Notes: generated from the sequence alone by a model not told the origin. DNA of 64,000 nucleotides from an uncultured Gemmatimonadales bacterium (GCA_963815325.1 CAWFGG010000002.1:773472-837471); one strand, 5' to 3'. Positions 10,270 to 19,317 are shown, counted from the stretch's first letter. A program made the numbers and translations.

Positions 10270-10851
10270 ATGCCCGTGAGCGCGAGATCCAGGGATTCCG
10301 AGCCCGAGGCCGGTAGGACCGCCTCTTCAACCCCCGACGTCCCTGCCCTGGTGGCGCGGGTGCAAGCGGGGGACATCGAGGCATTCGAGCCGCTGTACCG
10401 ACACCACGTGGATCGGGTCTACGCCCTGTGCCTGCGCATGGCCGGGCACGCAGGTCGGGCGAGGGAACTGACTCAGGATGTGTTCGTTCGGTGTTGGGAG
10501 CGAATCGGAAGTTTCCGCGGCGAGAGTGCGTTCGGGACCTGGCTCCATCGGGTGGCGGTGAACCTGGTCCTGGAGCAACACCGGGCCACGGGGCGCCGCG
10601 AAGGGCGGGTGGAGCCGCGAGCCGACCTGGAGAACTTGCCGCATGTGACGCTCTCCCGAACTGACGACCAGCGTCTGGATCTGGAGGCCGCCATCCAGGC
10701 CCTACCGCCCAAGGCCAGACAGGTCTTCGTGCTCCACGACATCGAGGGCTACACCCATGATGAGATTGCCCGCTTCACAGGCTCGGCGCCGGGAACGATG
10801 CGGGCGCATCTCCACCGCGCACGCCAGCTGTTAATGAAGAGGCTGTCATGA
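10270..10851 (+). CDS. ECF-type RNA polymerase sigma factor
   Basis: 193 aa. Region 2 (FEPLYRHHVDRVYALCLRM, QDVFVRCWE) and region 4 (VFVLHDIEGYTHDEIA) are present. The stop overlaps the next gene's start (ATGA at 10848-10851). Confidence 0.85.
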   Translation: MPVSARSRDSEPEAGRTASSTPDVPALVARVQAGDIEAFEPLYRHHVDRVYALCLRMAGHAGRARELTQDVFVRCWERIGSFRGESAFGTWLHRVAVNLVLEQHRATGRREGRVEPRADLENLPHVTLSRTDDQRLDLEAAIQALPPKARQVFVLHDIEGYTHDEIARFTGSAPGTMRAHLHRARQLLMKRLS

Positions 10852-11522
10852 CGCACCACCTGCGGGATGAAGAACTCCACGACCTGGTCGATGGAGTGCT
10901 GCCAGAGGCCGAACGGCAGATGGTCGACGCGCATGTGGCTTGCTGCGTCGAATGCAGCGAGCGGGTCGAGCAGCTGAGGCGGCTCCTGGCAATGGCGCGG
11001 GCTGCCCCTCGCGGAGTCGCCCCGCCGGACGACTGGTGGCCGGCCATCCGCACCGCGATCGGCCAGCGGAAGATCGTCCCGATCGGGGCCGTTCCGAGCC
11101 AGCCTCCCCGGCCATGGTGGACGAGGCCGTGGGCCATGGCAGCCGCCGCGGTGCTGTTGGTCGCGGCGTCGGCGACGGTCACCGCCATCGTGGTGCGCCC
11201 GCCCGAGCGGGTCCCGATGGCAGGCGTGCCGGATTCCGGGTTCAGCGTACCATCGGTTTCCCCTCGCTTGGCCACCATGACTGCCAACTATGAGGGTCTG
11301 ACCCGGCAACTCCTGACCGACTTCGAGAGTCGGCGCGGCGCACTACCCCCGGAAGCCGTGACCCAGGTCGAGCAGAACTTGCGGGTCATCGATATGGCAA
11401 TCAGTGAGATCGTGACCGTGCTCCAAGCCGAGCCGGACAATGACGTTCTGCTCGAATTGCTGGACACGTCCTATCGACAGAAGGTGGCGGTGTTGGAACA
11501 CGCAACAGAGTCGGTGTCATGA
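10848..11522 (+). CDS. anti-sigma factor (zf-HC2 type, single TM)
   Basis: N-terminal HVACCVECSERV zinc-finger-like motif, a central TM segment (WAMAAAAVLLVAASATVTAIV), and translational coupling to the ECF sigma gene. Confidence 0.7.
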   Translation: MTHHLRDEELHDLVDGVLPEAERQMVDAHVACCVECSERVEQLRRLLAMARAAPRGVAPPDDWWPAIRTAIGQRKIVPIGAVPSQPPRPWWTRPWAMAAAAVLLVAASATVTAIVVRPPERVPMAGVPDSGFSVPSVSPRLATMTANYEGLTRQLLTDFESRRGALPPEAVTQVEQNLRVIDMAISEIVTVLQAEPDNDVLLELLDTSYRQKVAVLEHATESVS

Positions 11523-12403
11523 ATCTGTCCCGGGCGGCCATCGGCGTGACGATGGCAGGCATCGCGTTCGGGGGCGTGCCGACCCCGACGCGCGCGCAGC
11601 AACGCATCGATCGCGGGCATCCCGCCGCGCAGGACCTCCGGCTCAAGATCTGGGCCCCGGCAGGTTCAGTCAGGCTCGAGGCCTGGGATCGGGATTCCCT
11701 CCAGATTCGCGGCACCGTGGAGCAGGGGAAGCTGTTTGCGGGTGGCGGGCGCGACGCGATGAAGGTGGCGGTTGAGGACCCCGCAGGGGCAAATCTCTCG
11801 CCTGTGGCCGATCTCGTGATTCGAGTTCCACGCGGCGCCCAAGTCTCCGTCAAGACCGTGACCGGCACGATCGAAGCCGTCGATGTGACCGGCTGGTATA
11901 ACTCGGTGAGCGGGAATATCCGGCTCCGCGGTACAGCACGACGGCTCGAAGCCGAGAGCCTGGACGGCGACATCACGCTCCAGGCTGAAGCCGAGTGGGT
12001 GCGGGTACGCACCGGGAGCGGTGCCCTCACCATCGAGGGACGGTACCGCGATCTCCTGGCGTCCAGCGTGAGCGGACCGATCCGCGTCGTGAACAAGGAA
12101 GTCGAACGGGGCCGTCTCGAATCGGTCACCGGAGACATCCACTATTTCGGCCGGTTTCGGGCCGGAGGATCGGTGGATTTCGACAGTCACAGCGGCACGA
12201 TTACGCTCGAGCTGCCGGCGGAGATGGCCGGCCGGCTCGATCTCACATCGGTGAGCGGCTCCATCGACAATCAGTTGACCGCGGATCGGCCGTCCAAGAC
12301 TGCCACGGGAGCGGGCCAGAAGCTGGACCTCACCCGCGGGGCGGGCGGGGTCACCATCACGGTCCGATCGTTCAAGGGCACGATCCGCCTGTTGCGAATG
12401 TGA
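11519..12403 (+). CDS. DUF4097-type beta-helical putative adhesin
   Basis: Repeated G(D/S/T)I.. strand pattern (TGTIEAVDV, SGNIRLRG, DGDITLQA, SGALTIEG, SGPIRVVN, TGDIHYFG, SGTITLEL, SGSIDNQL). The start overlaps the anti-sigma stop. Confidence 0.65.
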   Translation: MNLSRAAIGVTMAGIAFGGVPTPTRAQQRIDRGHPAAQDLRLKIWAPAGSVRLEAWDRDSLQIRGTVEQGKLFAGGGRDAMKVAVEDPAGANLSPVADLVIRVPRGAQVSVKTVTGTIEAVDVTGWYNSVSGNIRLRGTARRLEAESLDGDITLQAEAEWVRVRTGSGALTIEGRYRDLLASSVSGPIRVVNKEVERGRLESVTGDIHYFGRFRAGGSVDFDSHSGTITLELPAEMAGRLDLTSVSGSIDNQLTADRPSKTATGAGQKLDLTRGAGGVTITVRSFKGTIRLLRM

Positions 12404-12472
12404 GAAATCGTCGCGGCTAAGCACCGAAGCGTCGAGCGGCATCTCATTGACGACACCCACTCAGGAGTTCTC

Positions 12473-12991
12473 ATGTCACGCACCACAATCGCTGCATTCA
12501 GTATCGCCGGGTTGCTCCTTGCGCTGCCTCTCATCGGGGCGGCGGCCACCAAGCCCTACGGGCCGCCCTGGATCGCCGTCGAGTTGCCCGCCAACCCGCT
12601 GAACCCCGCTACCCGCGGTGCGGCGCTCGTGGTCCGCACCTACCGCCATGCGACACCCGAGCCAATGCCCTTGCGCGGGATGGCCGAGGGCCTCGTCCGG
12701 AACGAGCGGCGCTCGATCCCGCTCGAATTCGAATCCACCACCCAGCCCGGCGTGTACCGGGTCGATCAGAGCTGGCCCGCCGAGGGCAGCTGGATTATCG
12801 CGATTGCCGCGGGCGATGATGCGAATATGGTGATCGAATTGGGGGGTAACGACGGTGGGGTGAGCCGGGCTTCGTACTACGGCCAGTCAGCGACCGGCCT
12901 CGCCATCCGCTCGATTCGGACCAACCAGGGTAGGCTGTCGATGCAAGGGATCGACCGGGGTCTCAAGGCGCTCGCGCTCGCACGCGAGTAG
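12473..12991 (+). CDS. secreted hypothetical protein
   Basis: 172-aa ORF with a signal peptide (MSRTTIAAFSIAGLLLALPLIGAAA). Coding-like composition. No family recognised. Confidence 0.5.
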   Translation: MSRTTIAAFSIAGLLLALPLIGAAATKPYGPPWIAVELPANPLNPATRGAALVVRTYRHATPEPMPLRGMAEGLVRNERRSIPLEFESTTQPGVYRVDQSWPAEGSWIIAIAAGDDANMVIELGGNDGGVSRASYYGQSATGLAIRSIRTNQGRLSMQGIDRGLKALALARE

Positions 12992-13013
12992 CAGGCGCGC
13001 CGGGACGACGACA

Positions 13014-13046
13014 GTGAGGCGAATCCGCTTGATGGGTTCGCCTCAC
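13014..13046. terminator. bidirectional hairpin between convergent genes
   Basis: Perfect 10-bp inverted repeat GTGAGGCGAA (13014-13023) / TTCGCCTCAC (13037-13046) with a 13-nt loop. It overlaps the stop of the minus-strand gene. Confidence 0.5.
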
Positions 13047-13555
13047 TTGTTGATCCTCACGTAGTAATAGACCGCCACATTGCGGGGCCGGGTCTCGGCC
13101 CCACCGTAGGCCCCGGCCACGACGTCGATGCCGGCTGTGCCAACCGGCCCTGATTTTCGGGACGAAATACCGCCCGCTCCGCGGCCGCGTGCCGCATGCA
13201 CCGGGTGAGCATGGGCCTTGAGTCCGTCGGGTTGCCAACTGCCGGCCACTCGTCCGGCGCCGTTCGGATCGCCCTCGCCCTCATGACGCTGCCCCATCGC
13301 CTCATCGAACCGGTTGAGGCCTCGCAGGAAGACACCACGGAGGTCAACCGCCACCGGCTCGTCGCGGCCATTCCGCGGCAGCGTCCAGTTACGCTGCTCG
13401 GCTTTTCGGGCCAGATCCGACTCCTCGATGCTTCGGGAATCAGCGGGCGCCCACCGGCTGCGCGCCGGCTCGAAGGGGAACGGATCGCCCACTTCCCGGG
13501 CGTAGGCCTCGGGGTCGAGCATCGAGGCAATGATGGTTCCGAGGGGAACGGCCAT
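13043..13555 (-). CDS. phage tail-collar (MdpB-like) domain protein, orphan
   Basis: 170 aa. Motifs VPLGTIIA, DLRGVFLRG, GSWQPDGLKAHAHP and the C-terminal GGAETRPRNVAVYYYVRI follow the tail-collar pattern (PxGTI, LPDLRGrFlRG, Q.D....H.H, ETRPkNvA.nYiI). A strong RBS (GGAGGA) precedes the ATG. Confidence 0.55.
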   Translation of the reverse strand: MAVPLGTIIASMLDPEAYAREVGDPFPFEPARSRWAPADSRSIEESDLARKAEQRNWTLPRNGRDEPVAVDLRGVFLRGLNRFDEAMGQRHEGEGDPNGAGRVAGSWQPDGLKAHAHPVHAARGRGAGGISSRKSGPVGTAGIDVVAGAYGGAETRPRNVAVYYYVRINK

Positions 13556-13712
13556 GAATATCCTCCACCTGATTCTTTATGACGCAGCGCGGCCTCGTCA
13601 CAGCCCCGCAGCGCACATAATGGACGGGATTCCTCCGGAACGCTACATTCCCACCGGGCTGCGGGCGGTTCCCGAGGCCTCGCAGTCTCGATTGCACGTT
13701 AAGGAGGAACGC

Positions 13713-13964
13713 ATGGCAGGATCGATCACGGTCGACCGTTTGGTCCAGGAGCTCGAGAAACTCAAGACCCAGATGGATGCCGGGGAGCTCAAGCACAGCG
13801 AGTACGATCAGCGCTTGTCACGCGTCATCGCGGAGCTGCGTGAGCGTGGCATCGATGCGGACCGGGCGGCGATCACGGCGGCGCTGGATGGGCTGCTTCA
13901 GAAGGGCACCATTGTCCCATCGGTCAAGCAACACCTCGAGAAGCGGCTGGGCTTGACCTCGTAG
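13713..13964 (+). CDS. small helical hypothetical protein (83 aa)
   Basis: The ATG at 13713 is preceded by AAGGAGG. Sequence MAGSITVDRLVQELEKLKTQMDAGELKHSEYDQRL. The upstream part of ORF 13530..13964 is unlikely to be coding. Confidence 0.5.
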   Translation: MAGSITVDRLVQELEKLKTQMDAGELKHSEYDQRLSRVIAELRERGIDADRAAITAALDGLLQKGTIVPSVKQHLEKRLGLTS

Positions 13965-14233
13965 CGGACGCGACGATGAAGGACGAGACGTTCAACTTGG
14001 CGCTCGCGTCCGGGCTGCTCACCGGGTCTGAGACGCTCCGGGGCCGGGCTCGCCTCTCGAAATCGAGGGCCTTGCGCTCGAGACGGTGGTGTAGGGAGAC
14101 ATCAGTCTGACCTAGCCCGCTGATCGGCCCCGGGGCATCGCCGGACGCCGTTCACACCACAAAGCGGCGCGAGGCGTCGAGAATCGACCAGTTTCCGGTC
14201 ACAATCGACTAGCCTGTTGACAACACGCGCGAG

Positions 14234-14280
14234 GTGCAACATCCCGCATGGCCCTTCCGGGTGCGCTTGCCATGTTGCAC
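14234..14280. promoter_or_regulatory. inverted repeat, candidate enhancer-binding-protein site (UAS)
   Basis: Perfect 9-bp inverted repeat GTGCAACAT (14234-14242) ... ATGTTGCAC (14272-14280), 86-132 bp upstream of the sigma-54 promoter. Confidence 0.35.
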
Positions 14281-14365
14281 AACAGCAGCACTGTCCCCAT
14301 TGCTCACCTGGCCGAGCGTTACCCCCAAACCCCCAACCCAGTAGGGGTTAGCTGGACTGAGACCC

Positions 14366-14381
14366 TGGCACGCCCGTTGCT
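14366..14381 (+). promoter_or_regulatory. sigma-54 (-24/-12) promoter
   Basis: TGGCACGCCCGTTGCT is an exact match to TGGCAC-N5-TTGCW. It lies 42 nt upstream of the ATG at 14423. Confidence 0.6.
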
Positions 14382-14422
14382 CTACCTACTGCCGAAGATT
14401 CTCTCGCCGGCAGAGGGTGTGA

Positions 14423-16222
14423 ATGACGGATTCCCGAACACTCAGGAAACGAACCGGGGCGTTGGGGCTCGACCAGGGCGGATTCGCTCTGGAGGCCACC
14501 ATTTTCGTGCTGGTGCTCATGTCCGCCCTGACGATGGTGGCGGTGGTGGGGGTCGTCACCGCGACCCGGACGGCCAATTACGACTACCGCTATACGCAAG
14601 TCTCCTTTGCAGCCGAGGCTGGCGCGGACGCCATTATGGCCCAATTGGAGGACGCCATCCACGACGGGGCCATTACCGACGCGGAGCTGGCCGCCATCGT
14701 CCCGCCGAGCATCCCCGGTTTCACCTTCAGCGCGGTGAACGCCAGCCGCCTGGGAGGGGTCCAGGTCCAGTCGATCACGGACGGCCCGTTCGCAGGTCTG
14801 TACGCGCTCACCCAATTCATCGACATCTTCTCCGAGGTCCGGGACCCGATCGACAACTCGGCCGCCGCGATCGTGACGGCCAAGGCCCAGTCGATTCCCA
14901 TCTTCCAATTCGGCGTGTTCTACGAGAAGGACCTGGAGATCACCAACGGGCCGCCGCTCGAGTTTGTGGGATGGGTGCATTCGAACGGCAACATCTACTT
15001 GAGTTCCGACAACGCGTGGTATCGCGAAGTCATCACCACACCGAACAAGGTGTATCACGATCGGAAGGACTTTCACGAGGTCGAGTTCGGAGTCTTCATC
15101 AACGATGCCGTCGGCACCGAGGTTCCGCTCGATTTCGACAGCCGGAGCCATCCGACGCCCGCCGCGTTCATGACCGAGAGCCATGCCAAGTTCGACGACC
15201 GGCTGAAGACCGATGCCTACGGCGTGGACACGCTTCGCGTGCCGTTGCCGAACGGCTTCCCGCCGGCGGAAATCGTGGCGCCCCGGCGGGTCACGGACGG
15301 GGCGATCGAGCGGCGAGCCAAGTTTTCGTGGAAAGCCGATTGGGCAATTACGATCGATCTCGCCGGCCTCAACAACCCGGCAGACAATCTGTGCGCCGTC
15401 TTGGCATCGATCCGCGACGGGGGCGAGCAGGTTCCGACGGCACTCGACTGCGACACCATCTTCCGCTTCACGTGGGATGCCTGGTTCGAGGGCCGTGAGA
15501 AGCGCTACGTCGACGTGCTGAACATCGATCTGCAGCAGCTGTTCAACTGGGTCGGCGGCAACCCGAGCCGAATGACTCAGATCCTGCACGTGACCTTTAC
15601 CGGAATGGGCCACGATCCGAAGGGCGACGGGAACTTTCCGGTGGTCCGCCTCGTGAACGGCGACCAGATCGGCAACCCGTTCACCTTCTCCACCGACTAT
15701 CCGCTCTACGTCCAGGGGCACTACAACCGAACCAATTGGAAGCCGTCGGCGCTCACGGGCGACGCCATCACGATGCTCTCGAACGCCTGGAACGACGCCC
15801 AGCACCAGTGCACCACCTACAATCCTGCGGCGCTCACCCCGGCGACCATCTGCGGCGGCTTCGTCCAGCAGCCGGCGGCCGCCACCCAAGTGTGGGCCGC
15901 GGTACTGGCCGGCCATACCCCGACCCCGTGCGACCACGAGCTTCCGGGGTGCCCGGGCGGGTACGCGGACTTCTACGGCGGCGGCGTCGAGAACTTTCCA
16001 CGCTTTCTGGAGAATTGGAGCGGCGTCACGCTGACCTACCGGGGCTCGCTGGTGTCGCTCCACTTCTCGGCCAAGGCGGTCGGCACCTGGAATGGCACCT
16101 ACTACACCCCACCGACCCGGGACTGGCGGTTCGAGACCAGGTTCCACGACCCTGCCAACCTCCCGCCGGGCACACCGGTCGTCGGCAACGTCATTCACAC
16201 GGCCTTCCGGCCGGTGTACTGA
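14423..16222 (+). CDS. large PilX-N-terminal-domain pilus-associated protein
   Basis: 599 aa. N-terminus LDQGGFALEATIFVLVLMSALTMVAVVG resembles the PilX_N hydrophobic segment. It is the first gene of the pseudopilin operon. Confidence 0.6.
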   Translation: MTDSRTLRKRTGALGLDQGGFALEATIFVLVLMSALTMVAVVGVVTATRTANYDYRYTQVSFAAEAGADAIMAQLEDAIHDGAITDAELAAIVPPSIPGFTFSAVNASRLGGVQVQSITDGPFAGLYALTQFIDIFSEVRDPIDNSAAAIVTAKAQSIPIFQFGVFYEKDLEITNGPPLEFVGWVHSNGNIYLSSDNAWYREVITTPNKVYHDRKDFHEVEFGVFINDAVGTEVPLDFDSRSHPTPAAFMTESHAKFDDRLKTDAYGVDTLRVPLPNGFPPAEIVAPRRVTDGAIERRAKFSWKADWAITIDLAGLNNPADNLCAVLASIRDGGEQVPTALDCDTIFRFTWDAWFEGREKRYVDVLNIDLQQLFNWVGGNPSRMTQILHVTFTGMGHDPKGDGNFPVVRLVNGDQIGNPFTFSTDYPLYVQGHYNRTNWKPSALTGDAITMLSNAWNDAQHQCTTYNPAALTPATICGGFVQQPAAATQVWAAVLAGHTPTPCDHELPGCPGGYADFYGGGVENFPRFLENWSGVTLTYRGSLVSLHFSAKAVGTWNGTYYTPPTRDWRFETRFHDPANLPPGTPVVGNVIHTAFRPVY

Positions 16223-16225
16223 GGC

Positions 16226-16795
16226 GTGGCACTCGTGATCGAATCGCGCAAGGGCTTCACCCTGGTCGAAGCGGTGACCGTGATGGTGGTGATGGGCCTC
16301 ATGCTTGCCATCGGGATCCCCTACCTCCGGGTCAGCCCGTACCAGGAGGTGCGGAGCGCCGGGCTGCAACTGGCGCGTGACCTCGAGGCGGTCCGCACCC
16401 GCGCCCTCGCAACTCGCAGCACCGCCCGGATCGTGTTCGATCCTTCGGGCGGGAGCTACACCGGGTTCCTCGACGACGACCGGGACGGGGTGCTCACCGA
16501 GAGCTCGGTGGAACAGCGCGCGCTGCGCGCGTTTGCCGGCAATCGTGCGCTGGGAAGCGGAGTCACCTTCGGAAGCGGCGTGGCCGGCCCGGTGCCGAAC
16601 GACACCGCGACGGGGCCGATCACCTTCATCAATGACCGGCTGGAGTTCGACGGCCGCGGGGTGACCACACCGTTCGGCACCCGTGGGGTGGTCTACTTGG
16701 TCAACCAGCGCGAGTCGACGGCGGTCGCGGCCGTGGCCGTGTCGGGCGCCGGGTCGCTCAAGCTCTGGGTCTACCGGGAGGGCGCATGGCAATGA
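16226..16795 (+). CDS. GspH/FimT-family minor pseudopilin
   Basis: Prepilin-type N-terminus SRKG/FTLVEAVTVMVVMGLMLAI with Glu+5, and an LARDLEAVRTRAL helix typical of FimT/GspH. Confidence 0.75.
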   Translation: MALVIESRKGFTLVEAVTVMVVMGLMLAIGIPYLRVSPYQEVRSAGLQLARDLEAVRTRALATRSTARIVFDPSGGSYTGFLDDDRDGVLTESSVEQRALRAFAGNRALGSGVTFGSGVAGPVPNDTATGPITFINDRLEFDGRGVTTPFGTRGVVYLVNQRESTAVAAVAVSGAGSLKLWVYREGAWQ

Positions 16796-17169
16796 GGAAG
16801 GATGGCGGCTTCAGCCTGATCGCGGTGTTGGTTGCGATCGTGTTGCTCTCGATCGGACTGCTCGCGATCTCACGCGCAAGCACGCAAGTCCTGGCCATGC
16901 ATACGTCCGCGGCCTCGCGCTCGGCAGGGCTCGCGGTGGCCCGAGCCCACATGGAGACCCTCCGGAGCCAAGATCCGGCCACCATCGTCTCGCAAAGTGA
17001 GGTCGTCGTGAATGCCGAAGGCCAGCTCGACGCCTACGGCGCTTTCCACCGGACGGTGGTCGTCGACAGTGTTTCCCACAACTTGAAGGCCATTCGGATT
17101 CGGGTCACGTGGCCGCGCGCCAGCGCGCCCGTCGAGCTCGTCACGATGGCCTTCTTCAGCGTCGAGTAG
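16786..17169 (+). CDS. PilV-like minor pilin
   Basis: N-terminus MAMRKDG/GFSLIAVLVAIVLLSIGLLA. Ala replaces the usual Glu+5. The start overlaps the upstream stop. Confidence 0.7.
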   Translation: MAMRKDGGFSLIAVLVAIVLLSIGLLAISRASTQVLAMHTSAASRSAGLAVARAHMETLRSQDPATIVSQSEVVVNAEGQLDAYGAFHRTVVVDSVSHNLKAIRIRVTWPRASAPVELVTMAFFSVE

Positions 17170-17177
17170 TGACCATC

Positions 17178-18107
17178 ATGCCGTCACCCGTCGCGGGTCG
17201 CCGCGGATTTACCCTGGTGGAGATTCTGATCTCCCTGGTCATTGGGTTGATCGTGATCGGCGCCGCGATGACCTATGCCGTCAACACGGTGCGCAGTGTC
17301 GAAGCCACCGGACTCCGCGAGGGCGTCACGCGCAACTCGCGCTTCATGGCAATGTCGCTCGAGCGCGATTTCACTGGAACGGGTGTCGGGATCGAAAGCA
17401 CCATCGCCTACGGGTCGGTGCGGGTGCGGGGCGACACGCTGCTCGTGCTCAGCGTGCCGTTCGACAGCGTGATGTCGCCGCCATATGACCTGATCCCGCC
17501 CCCAGCCGCCACCAATCCCTTGCCGGCCGGCGGCACTTGTGGCGCCACGTGTCTCGACCTGATGAAGGCCGCGGACAGCACGTTCGATCTTCAGGTCGGA
17601 GACATCGGCCGACTCCAGGTCGGTGGAGAACGCCGGCTGCTGCGCGTCGAGAGCATGACGTCGAACGACACCGCAGTGCAGCTCGTGTTCACGCCGCTTC
17701 CCGAGATCTTCCTCCACCCGGCGAGCCTCTCGGGTGGCCTCTTGCTCAATCCCTTCAACACCTACGTCCAGAAGCTCGAGCCGGTGGCCTACTGGGTGGA
17801 GTCGGGCTCCCTCATGCGGGCGACCAGGGTCGAGGGCAGTGGTTCCTTCAAGGGCGAGGTCATGGCGGACGGGATTCAGTCGTGGGAGGTCAGTCTCATC
17901 TTCCAGGACGGGGACGAGCTGGACAACGCCGACCCGACGGACGGCGACCCGACCAATGATTACGACGACCTCCTGTCGATCAGAATCCGCGCCGTCGTGG
18001 CCGCCAATCGGGTGGATCGCCACGTGAACGCGGGGACGCTATTTACCCGGTCGTACGACTGGCGCTTCACGCCGCGAAACCTCATGTACGAGCGGAACCG
18101 GCGCTAA
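17178..18107 (+). CDS. PilW-like minor pilin
   Basis: ORF 17109..18107 trimmed to ATG 17178. N-terminus MPSPVAGRRG/FTLVEILISLVIGLIVIGAAM. Confidence 0.7.
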   Translation: MPSPVAGRRGFTLVEILISLVIGLIVIGAAMTYAVNTVRSVEATGLREGVTRNSRFMAMSLERDFTGTGVGIESTIAYGSVRVRGDTLLVLSVPFDSVMSPPYDLIPPPAATNPLPAGGTCGATCLDLMKAADSTFDLQVGDIGRLQVGGERRLLRVESMTSNDTAVQLVFTPLPEIFLHPASLSGGLLLNPFNTYVQKLEPVAYWVESGSLMRATRVEGSGSFKGEVMADGIQSWEVSLIFQDGDELDNADPTDGDPTNDYDDLLSIRIRAVVAANRVDRHVNAGTLFTRSYDWRFTPRNLMYERNRR

Positions 18108-18237
18108 GGGCCGCTGAGCGCCGGGCGCAGGGTTGGCTCCGCGACGTCGCAATCAGTCCTGGGGCTTCCGGGGAGCGGACGCTCCGATCGAGGCGGTGGC
18201 CTCGTGTTGAGTCACGAGCCGAATCGACGCACGGCTA

Positions 18238-18262
18238 TTGCGCAACGCGGCCGGGGTATTAT
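18238..18262 (+). promoter_or_regulatory. candidate csp promoter (copy 1)
   Basis: TTGCGC-N13-TATTAT. The same architecture (TTGCAG-N13-TATTAG) recurs at 18817-18841 upstream of the second csp. The spacer is short if these are true -35/-10 hexamers. Confidence 0.3.
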
Positions 18263-18321
18263 CTTTTAGGGGCTTGATGCACCCAAAGGGGTGCGCGCTG
18301 AACCGGAGATATCTGTCAAAA

Positions 18322-18350
18322 GAGGGATCTGGCTCGGAGCTGGATCCCTC
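18322..18350 (+). promoter_or_regulatory. conserved 5'-UTR stem-loop of csp gene (copy 1)
   Basis: GAGGGATC(18322-18329)...GATCCCTC(18343-18350). A near-identical 29-nt element occurs at 18900-18928. Confidence 0.5.
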
Positions 18351-18487
18351 GTTGCGTTTCAAGTGTTAGGCCGATCGTTTCACAAGTGGATCGGCAGCCG
18401 GCCACGAGGCCTTAACGTGGCAAACATGTCTCGGTGGTGCGGAATCTCCGAACTCCGACGACAGCTTTTATCAAGAGGAGTACGAGT

Positions 18488-18697
18488 ATGCGTACCACCG
18501 GAACCGTCAAGTGGTTCAACGACGCCAAGGGATTTGGCTTCATCACCCCCGAGAATGGCGAGAAGGACTGCTTCGTGCACCACTCGGCGATTCAGGCAGA
18601 GGGCTTCAAGTCTCTGTCCGAGGGCGACAAGGTCGAGTTCGACGTGACCCAGGGCCAAAAGGGCCCGGCCGCGGAAAACGTCGTCAAGATCAGCTAA
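18488..18697 (+). CDS. cspA: cold-shock protein, CspA family
   Basis: [35 protein letters not shown] carries the RNP1/RNP2 motifs. The RBS AAGAGGAG precedes ATG 18488. Confidence 0.95.
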   Translation: MRTTGTVKWFNDAKGFGFITPENGEKDCFVHHSAIQAEGFKSLSEGDKVEFDVTQGQKGPAAENVVKIS

Positions 18698-18734
18698 CGA
18701 CTGATTGAGCGTCCCCGAACAGGGGAAGCAAGGG

Positions 18735-18766
18735 AAGGCCGTCCCGAAGTCCGGGGCGGCCTTTTC
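18735..18766 (+). terminator. rho-independent terminator after csp copy 1
   Basis: AAGGCCGTCCCG-AAGT-CCGGGGCGGCCTTTTCC: a GC stem (one wobble or bulge) followed by a T run. Confidence 0.55.
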
Positions 18767-18899
18767 CGCATCCGGATGTGCCGGTGGCGCCCACCGGCCC
18801 GACCGGGGCCGAGGTATTGCAGAAACCGGCCAGGTTATTAGCTTAGTGCAGCTTACCGCGCACCCGGTTTCTGTGCGCCTGAGGCCCGAGATACCGCAC

Positions 18900-18928
18900 G
18901 AGGGATCTGGCTCAGCGCTGGATCCCTC
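18900..18928 (+). promoter_or_regulatory. conserved 5'-UTR stem-loop of csp gene (copy 2)
   Basis: GAGGGATCTGGCTCAGCGCTGGATCCCTC. It differs from copy 1 only in the loop. Confidence 0.5.
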
Positions 18929-19066
18929 GTCGCGTATGGATGTTCCGCCGACCGCGCACTAACGCCGGCCGGCAGCCTGCCGCGGGGCGTGTCCGCGGTA
19001 ATGTCGACGGATGGTACGGAAACCCCGGACTCCGAAGACACAGATTCCACCAAGAGGAGTACGGCA

Positions 19067-19276
19067 ATGCGTACCACCGGAACCGTCAAGTGGTTCAACG
19101 ATGCCAAGGGCTTCGGCTTCATCACCCCCGAGAATGGAGGCAAGGACTGCTTCGTGCATCACTCGGCGATTCAGGCCGAAGGCTTCAAGTCGCTGGCCGA
19201 AGGCGATAAGGTCGAATTCGACGTCGTCCAAGGGCAGAAGGGCCCGGCGGCGGAGAACGTGGTCAAGGTCAGCTAA
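19067..19276 (+). CDS. cspA: cold-shock protein, CspA family (tandem paralogue)
   Basis: [35 protein letters not shown]. There are about 5 aa differences from copy 1, with the same RBS context CAAGAGGAGTACG. Confidence 0.95.
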   Translation: MRTTGTVKWFNDAKGFGFITPENGGKDCFVHHSAIQAEGFKSLAEGDKVEFDVVQGQKGPAAENVVKVS

Positions 19277-19317
19277 CCGCCGACCGCGATCCCCTCTCAC
19301 GAGGGGAAACACACTGG

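Noticed and set aside
14348-16792. 814-aa minus-strand ORF. Other very long ORFs fall in the same class: 38162..40111 (-), 32015..33700 (-), 24829..26790 (+), 3551..5758 (+), and the first 515 codons of 32245..35922 (+).
   Set aside because: They are antisense or out-of-frame shadows of well-supported genes in a GC-rich sequence. They are Arg/Gly/Pro/His-rich with low complexity and no recognisable motifs.
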